A stretch of 63,296 bases of DNA, the filler included, from Asterionella formosa (lineage: Eukaryota): NCBI GenBank assembly GCA_002256025.1. It is 26 parts of 26 records of this genome, joined end to end, with 100 filler letters (N's around TTAATTAATTAA, not from the genome) between each part and the next. Parts side by side here need not be neighbours in the genome. Positions count along the whole stretch, not along the records: positions 10,993 to 12,461 come from NKIB01002305.1; positions 12,562 to 14,030 come from NKIB01002306.1; positions 14,131 to 38,243 come from NKIB01002307.1; 23 more parts are not named here. The stretch is one strand, 5' to 3'. The notes beneath the pieces are model-generated. The model saw nothing but the letters and a program-made list of their open reading frames with translations, did not search any database and was not told the origin of the DNA. The translations under genes and the position numbers were made by a program. Positions 11,739 through 24,909 of the stretch are shown here, piece by piece. Within the stretch, counting starts at the first letter, position 1. Each line of letters opens with the position of its first letter.

Positions 11739-12415
11739 TCACATGCCACCAAATGTTGATTTGATGTAATCTAAACGTGCCTTGGTGGTACGTTCAATGG
11801 TCTGATTCATTGGAAGTAGTGTATCAGAACCATTCCATATGAAATCGGTAAGCTCTGGGTCACTCTCCACTTCTTTGCCTAACTCCGGTTTCACTGTGTA
11901 TAGCCGAGTTAGGCAACATTCGGCAAACCAATCCTGTTTGTGATTGGAAATGCCTTTCATACTACTTGGACCAGATAGGGCGGGATGTTTGATTCTCTTT
12001 TGGGAACAGAAAAAAGCACATTTGATTGATATTCTGTTTTACAGTACCTGCAATTCACAAACTATAACATCAAACTTACATGTTCACAGCAAAACTTCTT
12101 GGTCTTGAATATAAAACTCACAACCTTTGTGACAATTGATGGTTCAATTTTAGCTAAGCGATAACGACGTTCTGATAAGGCTGCTGAAATTGAAGAGTCT
12201 TGATAACCTCGTATGGACGAGTTTTGAACCGAATTACGACCTTTGTAGTGATTGAGTTCATTGACCAATTGATAATATCCTTTGGCAAGTACAAAATGTT
12301 TTTCCCTCAGGTTGTCATGTACTTGTTGGTCCGTGCGATTAGAAAATTTATGATATGGTACCATGTCGTCCATCTGCATCCGGGAGTTATTAATGTCATC
12401 ATCGACAGGAGCCAT
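11739..12415 (-). pseudogene. Split ORF upstream of the Plavaka-like transposase (probable TE accessory gene)
   Basis: Two co-oriented ORFs (12062-12415, 11739-11960); no recognised domain. Confidence 0.3.
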
Positions 12416-12873
12416 TTTTCTTGTATCAACAACTGAAGTAGAAACGTCATCATTGCTGTCANNNNNNNNNNNNNNNNNNNNNNNNNNNNNNNNNNNNNNN
12501 NNNNNTTAATTAATTAANNNNNNNNNNNNNNNNNNNNNNNNNNNNNNNNNNNNNNNNNNNNTGACAAGAACTGACCTGACACTTCTGTCCGACTTGGTCG
12601 ATGGATGTCTCCCGCCTATTTGTGACTTCCTGCGCAACACAACAAAACTTGCCACAACGACGAATCAAACGGGTTTCGAATATGAGGAGTGGTTGGAACG
12701 AAGAGACTTGTCATAAACATGACACTTCTGTCCGACTCGGTCGATGGAGCAAAAGAAACGACACCAGCGTCCGGTTATTTGCAAATGGCTGTACTTGATT
12801 AAAAACAAATAACCATTTTGTTAGTAACTATTAATGAGTAAATAAAAATTCTTACTTCCATCTTTCCCCATAG

Positions 12874-13095
12874 GAATCAAGCAAAAACGAAAGTAGTCCT
12901 GACAAGGAATACTGTGTCGTCGATCCGGAAAGTGGGGAACTCATTCGTCTCACAGTAGCCGAAAAGGAGCGTATCTTTCTGGACGCGCTTCAGTCCTACG
13001 ATGCCGCTGGAAGGCAAATGCTCAAGGATGACGAGTTTGACCTATTGAAGGAAGATTTGCAATGGAAGAACGGATCTGAGCATATATATAGCTAA
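12874..13095 (+). pseudogene. PGRL1: Isolated PGRL1 (PGR5-like 1) exon fragment
   Basis: After the acceptor ..TTTCCCCATAG it reads EYCVVDPESGELIRLTVAEKERIFLDALQSYDAAGRQMLKDDEFDLLKEDLQWKNGS, then an early stop; resembles the PGRL1 motif FL.ALQS(F/Y)Y..G......EFD.LKE.L.W.GS. Confidence 0.75.
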
Positions 13096-13479
13096 AACAA
13101 GGAAAGACGACACAACAATGAACGTGATGGCTGGTTGTTGAGGATACCCGTATGTGATATGCATCAATCCATCATGTCACAAATCATATTATAGTGATGC
13201 ACATATCAACGCATCCGTATACTTAGATCCTATCCACTGTATAATACTATCATATTAAGTGTTGACTTTAAGTGTATACATTAAACGACAAACACATATA
13301 ATAATTAACATACTTTATGATTGCTTGATTTATTTTTTATGATGTCTTGGTAACACTTGCGTACATATTTTATCGTATTTTATTGTCATGGTACTATTTT
13401 TACATGATCATATTTTGATCAAAATTATATCATAAAAATTTGATAAAATCATCATATTTTTATGATCAATTGTATCATA

Positions 13480-14030
13480 GCTATGTGATGTACTTTATTC
13501 AATATTACGTGTCATACTTTGGTGATGTATGCATCGATGTAACCCTATCATGATATCACAGTATCATCTTATCAATCATGATGAGATGATTGGGAAGCAA
13601 ATGTATTCTGCGATGTGCTACAGGGTATATTATTATATCACGCAATTTAGTAGCGAAGTCACTCCGCCTGTAATGTACTAAAGTCGACAGTGCACATACC
13701 GGTACTCAGACGCTAATCAGGTTTGAGGCAACGGACAGCGGTTCCAACGAGCGAATGATGATACCACGGGTACCAATTTTTCCAACGAAAGAACTTGTCT
13801 CTCTATTGATGAGGATGACACGGACACGGACACCGACATTTTCAGGAGCAAACAACAATGAAGAGACCCACTTCGTCTGCGTCGCTCTATTGATGGTAAC
13901 AAAGATGCGGACAAGTTCAACAGTGAATACAAGAACAACATACCATTGAAAACCAGTCGACAGTGTCTGCACGCACACGCCAAGCAAGTTTGAGGCAACG
14001 GACAATTTCAACAAGCAAATGACGATACAG
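13480..14030 (-). repeat. Interspersed repeat family A (copy 1)
   Basis: Shares GAACTTGTCCGCATCTTTGTTACCATCAATA, CCGTTGCCTCAAAC and a downstream AT-rich block with 43045-43877 and 46178-46722. Confidence 0.85.
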
Positions 14031-14375
14031 NNNNNNNNNNNNNNNNNNNNNNNNNNNNNNNNNNNNNNNNNNNNTTAATTAATTAANNNNNNNNNNNNNN
14101 NNNNNNNNNNNNNNNNNNNNNNNNNNNNNNGAACATTAAGCATAAATACGACCGGTAAATTTGTTTTCTTACAGGAACATGATATAAAATCGTTTAATTA
14201 ATTGAATGTATACCACCAGTATATTTGTAGACCATCAACCACCGTCATCAACCCTAAATATTTTAATATATAAATATATATTTGAGAAGAAGAAGCAAAC
14301 AAAAAATGATGGAACCGACGGACAAGTGGTGTACTCCGGAGTAATACTTGACTAAATTCAGATTGAACCTTCCTC

Positions 14376-15262
<887 letters not shown>

Positions 15263-15426
15263 AAAATCTCCCACGCTATGAAATAGGTGGACTTGCAACA
15301 GTTTTTTAGAACTCTTATTGCAGCAGTTTCATTGTTTACATCGAGAATACAGTACAGTAAAACTGCCTTGTGTAGTTGTGGTAGCGGGGTGATGAGGGTT
15401 CAGAAAACACAACTCATTCGTACTTT

Positions 15427-16023
15427 TTATCGAATCGACTTTCTTGCAGCTGTATATTTCTTTCGATGTTTTCCACCTACGGATTGCTGTTGTTCCTTTT
15501 TTCGTATCTTTGTTTGTTCCAATCGTGCGGCTGTGGCCTTATTCCGTTGCATGGCTTCTTGTTCTAAAATTTGTTTTTGTGGAAACAAGGTATTCTTCAA
15601 ATGTTCTTGAATGGTGGCAAATGGATTGGCTTGAAACGCAGGATGCTCCAAGACTAGTTCCAAATGATTAACTTCGCGCGCCGTTAGTTCTCGTTTCGAT
15701 TTGTTCTTGCCCAACAAGGAATGAGACGATAGTTCTGTGGTGCTCACCGCGGTAGTCTTCGTTGCGTTGGTCTGCATCAAGGCTTCTTTCAAGGCGTCAA
15801 GACCATCAATACGAGTTTTTTGATCTTCGGTTTGTTTCAATTGAAGAGCCGACAAGACGAGATTTTGTCGTTTGAGGTATTGATCTCGCTTGGCTTGACG
15901 TTTGCGCTGACCGCGACTCGCTTGGTCACTGGCGCTCATGGTGGGCGTTTTTGGTTGGAGTGCGCTGCTTTGTTCGGCTGCTGCCGTTTTACGGAACTGG
16001 CCAACTTTGGATACTTTCGGCAT
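15427..16023 (-). CDS. SLX9: Ribosome biogenesis factor SLX9/FAM207A-like
   Basis: VLEHPAFQANPFATIQEHLKNTL motif; small basic protein. Confidence 0.75.
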   Translation of the reverse strand: MPKVSKVGQFRKTAAAEQSSALQPKTPTMSASDQASRGQRKRQAKRDQYLKRQNLVLSALQLKQTEDQKTRIDGLDALKEALMQTNATKTTAVSTTELSSHSLLGKNKSKRELTAREVNHLELVLEHPAFQANPFATIQEHLKNTLFPQKQILEQEAMQRNKATAARLEQTKIRKKEQQQSVGGKHRKKYTAARKSIR

Positions 16024-16920
16024 GATGCTGATCCTTGGAGGATATTACCTATGGCTGTATTTGCTGGAGATGATTTGTAACCAGTTCGAAGAGGATGAGT
16101 AGAGAATGATGCAACAACAACATATTCTCAATTATTAGTTAATCATACTGTTGGGTATTGACGTTACTTTTTGGTTAAGCATATATAGAATGTCGGGGCT
16201 ATTGGTAGACGACTTAAATACTGATATAAATGCCGGTACATGCCGGAAATTACGTAGTCTAGATATAGATACCAGTACAACATGAACAAATTTATGTTTA
16301 TACAGGTACCAGGTACCAGGTACTACATTTCGAGACGATAAACGTTCATACTGGTGCTAGACTGTTACCCGTATTGAGGTACAAGGGTACCTCGTACACT
16401 CCGTACTATACACCGGTATGCTTACTACCAAACGAATGACTACATACATACCGGTAGTTAGACAAAATATCAGGGACCAGAAGTAAGTATATGATACTGG
16501 TCCTGTATAAAAGACATGTATACAGAATACATAGTAAATTGGGCTGTTGCCGCACATAGTGTTCTTGTTCGCCGTGTTGGAGCCGTGATGGATGGAGGTG
16601 AACCTACCACGTCTGGCTGGCGCATCCAATCAGAGCTCCGTTCGACTCCCTGGACAAGTCCGAATCTACACTTTTCAATCGGAAGGAGAAATGGTTGACG
16701 TCACAGAGCATCGCAAAGGAGCAACCACAAGATTCCCCCGCAATGCGATCCAGATTCCTTGGCTTCATATCCCAATGGAATCGGCCACAGAAAATTGCCA
16801 TGGCTGCTTTTTTGGATGGTTGGAGCTGATGCATCATGTACTGGTAAATGCGTCAAAGGGGCACCAGACAGCAGTTGCACACAAATTTTTTACTGAACGG
16901 TCAATAACTACAGCTTAAAC

Positions 16921-18627
16921 ATGGGAAAGGAAAAGGTATGTTCATCAATCGAACGCGGGTGGCATGTGTGAATGTCGATTAGAGCGACAATGGCACAGAA
17001 TGTTGCAGGAAACGACAGCGGCCGCCTAGTTTGTGGAATAACCGTGCCAAATGACGCGTGACTCATGCCTCTGTGCGTTTTTATACATCCTTTTTTATAG
17101 GTCCACATTTCGTAAGTAGATCTGCGCTTTGCAAAGCCTCCAAGCCCCTCCCACAATATAGGACACCACCCAGCGATTTCCAGTCTGCTGCTTTTGATGC
17201 ACTCGATACCTGCTTCGATTCGGTTTTGAGTTTATTGTATGCAAACCTGCCAGTCCTTCTGCCCAGCACACGACTGATGGTCCGTCTTGCTAACATTGTC
17301 CGGTGCTTTTCCATTTCCTTAATTTGTGCACAGGTTGGTCGTCATCGGTCACGTCGATGCCGGAAAGTCCACCACCACTGGTCACTTGATCTACAAGTGC
17401 GGAGGTATCGATAAGCGTACCATTGAAAAGTTCGAGAAGGAAGCTGCCGAACTCGGAAAGTCTTCCTTCAAGTATGCCTGGGTTTTGGATAACCTCAAGG
17501 CTGAACGCGAGCGTGGTATTACTATTGACATTGCTCTCTGGAAGTTCGAGTCCCCAAAGTACTCTTTCACCGTCATTGATGCCCCAGGACACCGTGATTT
17601 CATCAAGAACATGATCACCGGAACTTCCCAGGCTGATGTCGCTGTTCTTGTCATTGACTCCTCTCAGGGAGGTTTCGAGGCTGGAATTTCCAAGGATGGA
17701 CAGACCCGTGAGCACGCCCTTCTTGCTTACACGCTTGGAGTCAAGCAAATGATTGTCGCCCTCAACAAGATGGACGACAAGACTGTCAAGTACGAGCAAG
17801 CCCGTTACGAGGAAATCAAGGCTGAAGTTGGATCCTACCTCAAGAAGGTTGGCTACAAGCCTATGAAGATCCCGTTCGTCCCTATCTCTGGATGGGAAGG
17901 TGATAACATGATTGAAAAGTCCACTAACATGCCTTGGTACAAGGGACCTTACCTGCTCGAGGCCCTCGATACGTGCACTCCTCCTAAGCGTCCTACCGAG
18001 AAGCCACTTCGCCTTCCTCTTCAGGATGTTTACAAGATTGGTGGTATCGGAACTGTACCTGTCGGACGTGTGGAAACTGGTGTCATTAAGCCTGGTATCC
18101 ATGCCATGTTTGCCCCTACTGGACTCGTTGCTGAAATCAAGTCCGTTGAGATGCACCACGAATCCCTCCCCGAGGCCGTCCCTGGTGACAATGTTGGTTT
18201 CAACGTCAAGAACGTTGCCGTCAAGGATCTTCGCCGTGGATTCGTCGCTTCCGATTCCAAGGCATCCCCTGCCTCCGGAGTTAGCTCCTTCGAGGCACAG
18301 GTCATTGTCATGAACCACCCCGGACAAATCTCCAACGGATACTCCCCTGTCCTCGATTGTCACACTGCCCACGTTGCATGCAAATTTGCTCTCATTAAGG
18401 AGAAGATGGACCGTCGTTCTGGAAAAGTTTTGGAAGAAAACCCAAAGTTTGTCAAGACTGGAGATGCATGCATTGTCGACCTTGAGCCCACTAAGCCACT
18501 TTGCGTCGAATCTTTCACTGACTTTCCTCCTCTTGGACGATTTGCTGTCCGTGATATGCGTCAAACTGTTGCTGTCGGAGTCATTAAAGGTATCACCAAA
18601 GATGAAGGCAAGGGCAAGAAGAAGTAA
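16921..18627 (+). CDS. EF1A: Elongation factor 1-alpha (439 aa); exons 16921-16935, 17101-17111, 17334-18627
   Basis: [55 protein letters not shown]; canonical GT-AG introns. Confidence 0.98.
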
Positions 18628-19734
18628 ATTCTTAAGTTTGTCAGCTAGTCGAAAAGAAAAAAGGGCCATTACATACGCTGACATTGGTGCCATTTTGAGG
18701 AATAGCATGCATCGTAAACGCCAGAAAATAAAAAAGGAATAAAGGTGTGTTGGTAATTTAATAGTTTTTACCATCTATAATTTGTTGTGACTTTACCATT
18801 TTTGTCCTACTGTGGGGACATAGCATCTTACTTGTAACTGGATCGGAAAGGAACAATTGCGGACATAAGCATTGTTAGTGTTTTATTCCCTGCCAACAAA
18901 GTATGCTGGGGTAGGATGTATCCCACAGAACAAAGGCAACCACAGTAAGGCAAAACTTCTACAAGAATGTTGAAAAAGTCTACACTTCAGGTGGAAATTG
19001 AGGTTGTGCCAGAGAAGGAGAGAACGGAAAGTCCAAATAACGCATATGGTGTTTCAATTTCAGCTTGGGATGGTGCATGGAAATAGTACATACTACTTCA
19101 AGGGTTTGCAATGCGTCAGATCATACCGGATGATGCTATCCCAGAGGTCGATACTTTCATACGAACTGTAAAATGTGGAAGACAGGTATTAAGCTGAGGA
19201 GGATCAGAAGAAACAGGATGGCGAAAAAATGCTTAAGTATATGGGTCAGTTTCGTTTGGCTGGTGTAGCAGATACATTCTCAATCCCTATCAGCGACCTA
19301 ACCATTATGCACAAGCACAATAGCCAGCACCAGGTATTGTGGAAGGAGATACAGGAGACCCAAGTCAAAAGATCCTATCATATATATAAATAATTTACAC
19401 ATTGTAGTAAACCAATCAAAACAAATTATGTGACGCTCGGCGTGGATTGATCCCATTGAACCGTTGCTCCAATCCTTTCTAGTGGATTGTTAGTTCGAAA
19501 AGCATCAACTCGTCTCTCCACTCTCGAATGCTTTAGCTAGCGAGCTACTCCGGAAATCTAATTCTTAGCAGTATTATCATTATGTGTGCATATGTACAGT
19601 AGCAAGCAATTTATGTGCAGCGCACTTGCTGCTACATTGGCACTCCTTTACTGAGCCAGGCCTCATGGAGATATGGAACCATCACCATGAAGTCTACGTA
19701 ACGTCCTTCCATAACCTCTCGTCACTGTTGAACA

Positions 19735-20760
19735 CTAAGTAATTGTGTGACGACGCAACCGACGGAAAGGTTGATCGTCGGTGGGCACAAACCCGGCATC
19801 AGGGTCGTTGACGTCAGGCATACCCTCCGTCGTCAAATCTACAGTCGGCAAATTTCTCTTCACAAAGCGTCCCTTGATACGAAGTCGACGGTCAGCCAAG
19901 TTCTTGCGGCAATTGTAGCGAATCTTCTTGTTCCAGACCCTTCGGGATCGCTTGGAATGGAATCGAGCAATAATAGCACCACGTTCCGCAGGAGTGTAAA
20001 TCCCGATGCGACCATTTTTGTTGTACACCTACAGTAGGTAGAGTTGTAAGATTCGTGAGAAAAGATGATAAATGGAACCTGTTGCAACATATAGGTATAA
20101 AAATCGACAACTCGAATCAAAACAAATAAATGAACGCACCTCTTTGTATTTAGATAGAGAATGCGGCAGAGTCAAGACTCCTTTTTCGTTGTTCAAGCTT
20201 GCATCCGACAAATCCTCCAGTAGTCTTGACCTCGCTCTATTCAACAACTCTTGCTGAGTCATTTCCTTCTCTTTGACGTCACTTTCGTCAAGCAAGGAAT
20301 CTGGGCTCGTACGCTCTAAATCTTGGTCTCTTAACTCCATACACGCCTTCGCTTCGGCCAATTCTTCTTCAATGATGCTCTGCGGCAAAACAAAGTGCTG
20401 CCGGTTGTGACGAAGCGAATCCCACTTTTCCATTCCCTCTGGATTGGAGGCCGCACGCATTCGACGGCGAGGGGGAGGAGGTGGCATGGACTCATATTCT
20501 TCATCGCTGCTACTGGAATAGCAGCCTGGCGCGATAATCGGTTGAGGCATGCTGGCAGTGGCGAGAGCAGCTAATGCGTCGAGACCGTTGGAATAGCGGA
20601 AATGCTGCTTCTGCATGGAATCAGGCATCATGGAATAAATGCCAGCAACCGTTGCTGGGGACACTCCGAGGAGACCATGAGCAGCGTCCAAACGATCTTG
20701 ATTCATCGCACTCATAGCATTGTTGTGCGGGATGGCAGTAGCTGTAGAAATAGCAGCCAT
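19735..20760 (-). CDS. CCT-motif transcriptional regulator; exons 20760-20140 and 20028-19735
   Basis: RIGIYTPAERGAIIARFHSKRSRRVWNKKIRYNCRKNLADRRLRIKGRFVK; in-frame GT-AG intron 20139-20029. Confidence 0.88.
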
Positions 20761-22041
20761 TATGGAGAGTGTTGTCGTTCTTGCTTGTTGCTGACACTGA
20801 GGGAGACTTTATTCTATGAATGTAATCCTGTGTGAATGAGAAAGTCGCAGTACACTTTAGAAACGACGTAACAAGAAAAAAAGGGTGAAGGGAATCTTGA
20901 CTTTGAATCCTCAACAAACGAGCCAACGAGATGCTGTAGATAAGATGCAGCCATTTTAGTCACCGGAATCATGGATGCTGAATGACCGCTAGGTTCGCGC
21001 CAAAACGAACGAAGAAACATTTAAAATACGTCATCAGAACACCGTTGCAGGTTGTGTGCTGGTGGTGACGACATCACAACTAAGATTCTCCTCCAATGAC
21101 ACAACGGGAAATTCCGTTCCAGAACCTCGCGCGTACGACTCCCATCATGTGGAACATGATGCTTTTCGCAAAAGCAAGCAAGTAACGACAAAGAAAACTG
21201 CTCAACTCGTACCTTAAAAGATGAAGTGGATGCTAGAAGCAATGTGGAAAGGAGAGCTCAATGATGAATTGACTTTTGATCGTAAATGACGTTATGAGCA
21301 GCGAAGGTTTTGAATTGGTTGTTCCTGTTCTTGTGCGGCGGTGGGGAAAGGAGAAACCAAGATTGCGCGAGCCCACTCGACACGTCCGGGTTAGTTGATG
21401 AGTGTTCTCATCCACACAAGCAATCACGAGCTTAGAACGCACACCCTCCCATCATCAACTTCGACTTCAACGCAGAGAAGATTGGCCGTCAAAAGAATGG
21501 CAACCAATAAGAATCCATTTAAAAAAAATTGTTGTCAGAATTTTCGGAAAGAATATTTACTTCACTTGTAGGAGTACCCAGAGACTACTTTATACGTATA
21601 TTCCTGGAACACAACGGTCTGTGGGGGTTTAGAGTTCGTCGTCAGACGTGCAGCCAAGAAGCGCCGATGGGAAAGTATACCGGTAGCTGGGCATGACTGA
21701 TTTCGTTACGACGTACTATTGCTTTCATACATTACAAATAGCAGCATAAATGCTCACGTTTCATTTTTCGTTCACACCGGAATTTCAGTCCGAAGTGTTG
21801 TGCGATCACGACACAGCCCGAACACATACCTTGTGACTCCTGTGGTAGATACAGCAAATCTGCAGAAGGCGGTAATGGTATCATCTCAAAGAATCATTTG
21901 CGGACGAAGTGATTTCCGCATGTAATAATGCACTGTGTCTGTCACAAATTTCCGTTAGTGAAACAACGAGAAATGCACAACAAAGGAATTCCAAATCAAA
22001 CCGATGGCAAGAGAAATGAGCAGTTCACATACTGGCTCTGG

Positions 22042-22629
22042 TCATTCCTCCTGTTTCAACGTTTCCAAAACCTTTCTGGCGCGTTTGTACTCTTTCCTCT
22101 TAGAATGATCATCTAATTTCTTCCAACGCGTTTCATCGTCTTCATCAGTTATTGTAGGTTTCTTTTTTGTTTGCTTTGTGTCGTCCTTATTTGGTGTAAT
22201 CTCGCTTTGTGATTGTTGCACAACGAGTTTGTACCGTCTCGCTTTTTCTTTGGCATCTTCCACAACCCTCATTTTGGTCCCCTCCCCGACGCCACCCAAA
22301 TACTCCAGACACAATTCAAACACTGGCTTTGTCAATTTTTCTGCTTCGTACATGTGCCGTACAATCCATGATTGGGTATTCTTATTAAATTTCCAATTGG
22401 TCCCTGACGCCCGGTGTTTCCAGGCTGACAAGTACTGTGCAACTTGTGTCGGATCCTTGGTGTGCTTTTTGGATGACTTCTTTCTGGGTTGTTTTTTGGG
22501 TGGGGCTGTGGGCAATTCGACGCCTTTCAATTCGTCTGGTATGGCGGCGGGAGGTGGTACAGCTGTTTGCATGTGCTTACTGATGCGCTTCTTCTTGCGA
22601 GCCTGTTTTTGTTTGGTGGAGACAGCCAT
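22042..22629 (-). CDS. WKF-domain protein (C7orf50/Rbp95-like)
   Basis: YLSAWK..NWKFNKNTQSWI..LEYL; C-terminal RARKV. Confidence 0.8.
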   Translation of the reverse strand: MAVSTKQKQARKKKRISKHMQTAVPPPAAIPDELKGVELPTAPPKKQPRKKSSKKHTKDPTQVAQYLSAWKHRASGTNWKFNKNTQSWIVRHMYEAEKLTKPVFELCLEYLGGVGEGTKMRVVEDAKEKARRYKLVVQQSQSEITPNKDDTKQTKKKPTITDEDDETRWKKLDDHSKRKEYKRARKVLETLKQEE

Positions 22630-23358
22630 GATGCGATACCAGGATAAAGGATTGCAAGGAGATTCTTAAATGTATTATTGACAACGTTTACTAGCAGTTG
22701 TTGCGTGAAATGAGAATCATGATTTGGTTTTGCAATTATTTTTGTTTCTATTCAGCCATCACTGGTTCAAGGTGACTACCCCTCATGACCTAATGCAAAA
22801 GTATCTGACTTTTATGTGGAAGTAGTGAGCACGTTAGAATCCGTTGGAATTCATGATTTTGTACTATGGGGGAACAGAACTACATTTATCGCACCTGCAC
22901 TCAAAATTGAGATTTTCTGTGTGTCGCACACGTATTTTCTATACATAGAGCTTACGGGATATCCCGGTGCCGGTGGTACATACCATACTCTCAGCTTTTT
23001 CTTTGAGAACAGTCGTGGAGACTACCAGGTACCAGGTACCGGGTACCAGGCAGTATTGTAGATACCGGTAGGTGAAATTATTAGATTCGTCGTCCAATGA
23101 TAGCATAAACTCTGCGATGGCGGCAGGGCGAGAGAACAAGGTGAGTACCCGGTATAATTTATAATTTTTCGGAACGGTCATTTTGCCGTGTTTGCGACTC
23201 CTTCTTAGCTTCATCAAATACACAGTAAACAAGAATACCGGTACTTCTTCTGAAGCGGTCGAGTGCTTTATCAATCGATATATCTGATCATCACGAACTT
23301 ATCAGGCACAGCTTCCACCAAGGAACCTTACACACAGTTGTGGCACACATGTGGGTGA

Positions 23359-24559
23359 AATGAAAAGACCACTCCCGGTGTTTGCTTCGCCTCGCATCAC
23401 GCACGACGATGAAATTTGCCCCACTGATCTTCGAGAACACGAGGAGCGATGGTCGCACATGTCCCGCCTCGCTGGATCTCACAAACAAGACGACACCGTC
23501 TTGCGACTACACAGACACAACATGTCGCCTCTCTCGCTGCAATCGGGGATTCCACCCCAGCTTGCGTCCCGTATCATCGAACTGCATCTAGGAGACGCCA
23601 ACAACCTTCCCGAATGGCTCGACGTTATTTCCACAAAGTTTTTCAATTTGCAGCATTTGTACATTGACAAAGACGACACCACCGAAGCAGGACGCATACG
23701 AAGACTCTACATTCTGTATCGAATCCCCCATTTGCTGACGATGAATGGTAGATCGGTAACGGAACTGGAGAGATCCTTGGCAAGGCCGAATTCTCCCAAC
23801 GGAATGATCGTAGGCCGTTATGATTGGATTCCAGAGGAAACGCAGGTGAAACATGGGGATGCCGTGCAGGTGTCGCTCCATGGAGTTGTCAAGAGAGTAC
23901 CGGCAGACATGCCGGAGGAGACAGGATCACATTCCCAAGAAACGAATACGATTGTGCGTTCTCGTGCTTTGATTCAATATTCAAGATCATTGGAGTCGGC
24001 TTATCGGATTATGAAGGTGCCGTCGCCTTCCCTGTTGATGACGGAAGACGATGAGCAAAGCATGTCGACCACAGCCTTTGCTGCAGGTTTGGTAATTTGC
24101 TCCAGGAACCCAAAGTATGTAGCCATGGGAGAAGAAACCAGTGCCTTTCGGTTCCATAAAATCCGGTCCAAAAACCTCGACATTGACAGCACCCCACATG
24201 ATGAACGAAAACCCTTGGAACAAACCACGGAACAAATACAATTGTCGGACGACACCAACGACACAACTCCACCAAGTTCGCGTCCGTCCACTCCGGAAAC
24301 TCCATTACTGCCTCGCATGTCACCTGCACAAGCACTTTCGCCATTTCCGAGGACGTTTCGATCGCATTCAAATGACGTGGCCAAGGACCTACCCTCACCG
24401 ATAGCCCCGAGGCATAGACCACCGCCTGTACCAGGACGACCAGTAACTAAGAAACTTCAGACAAACCGAGTCACTGAACGATGGAAAGGGAAAAAGCTGA
24501 TTGCGCGAGCAGCACCCTCCATCCTGGACGAGGACTCCACGTCGGAGGAAGGTGAATGA
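23359..24559 (+). CDS. Hypothetical protein with an LRR/LRRcap-like N-terminus and disordered Pro-rich tail
   Basis: FNLQHLYI..RRLYILYRIPHLLTMNGRSVTELER; 400-aa ORF. Confidence 0.55.
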
Positions 24560-24909
24560 TCGTATGCTTTTGTAGGTTTAGGTGGGCTATGGCCATACAC
24601 ATTGTCATGGTAAACATCGTCGAACGAATTTACAGCTGGAAATTAGGTATGTAGAAGTGGCCATGGGCGGCTCAAGCAGTCTGCTATTAACCAGGTTATT
24701 CAGTGTATTCAAACTATTAGCTTGCTAGTGACCAACTCAAAAACTCTGTCATTTAACGCAATCTCAGCAGTGGTTATAGCAAGAAAAGTACCGTCACATA
24801 CAGCAACTGCTATCAAGTGTATAGAATTGATCCTCAATTTACATTCTTGACAACCGAGATGCAAACCAGAAACGAGTAATGATACCAACCTCTGTCGCCA
24901 ACTTAAACA

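Noticed and set aside
17290..18774. 494-aa antisense ORF over EF1A
   Set aside because: Shadow ORF caused by the strong codon bias of a highly expressed gene; no domain features.
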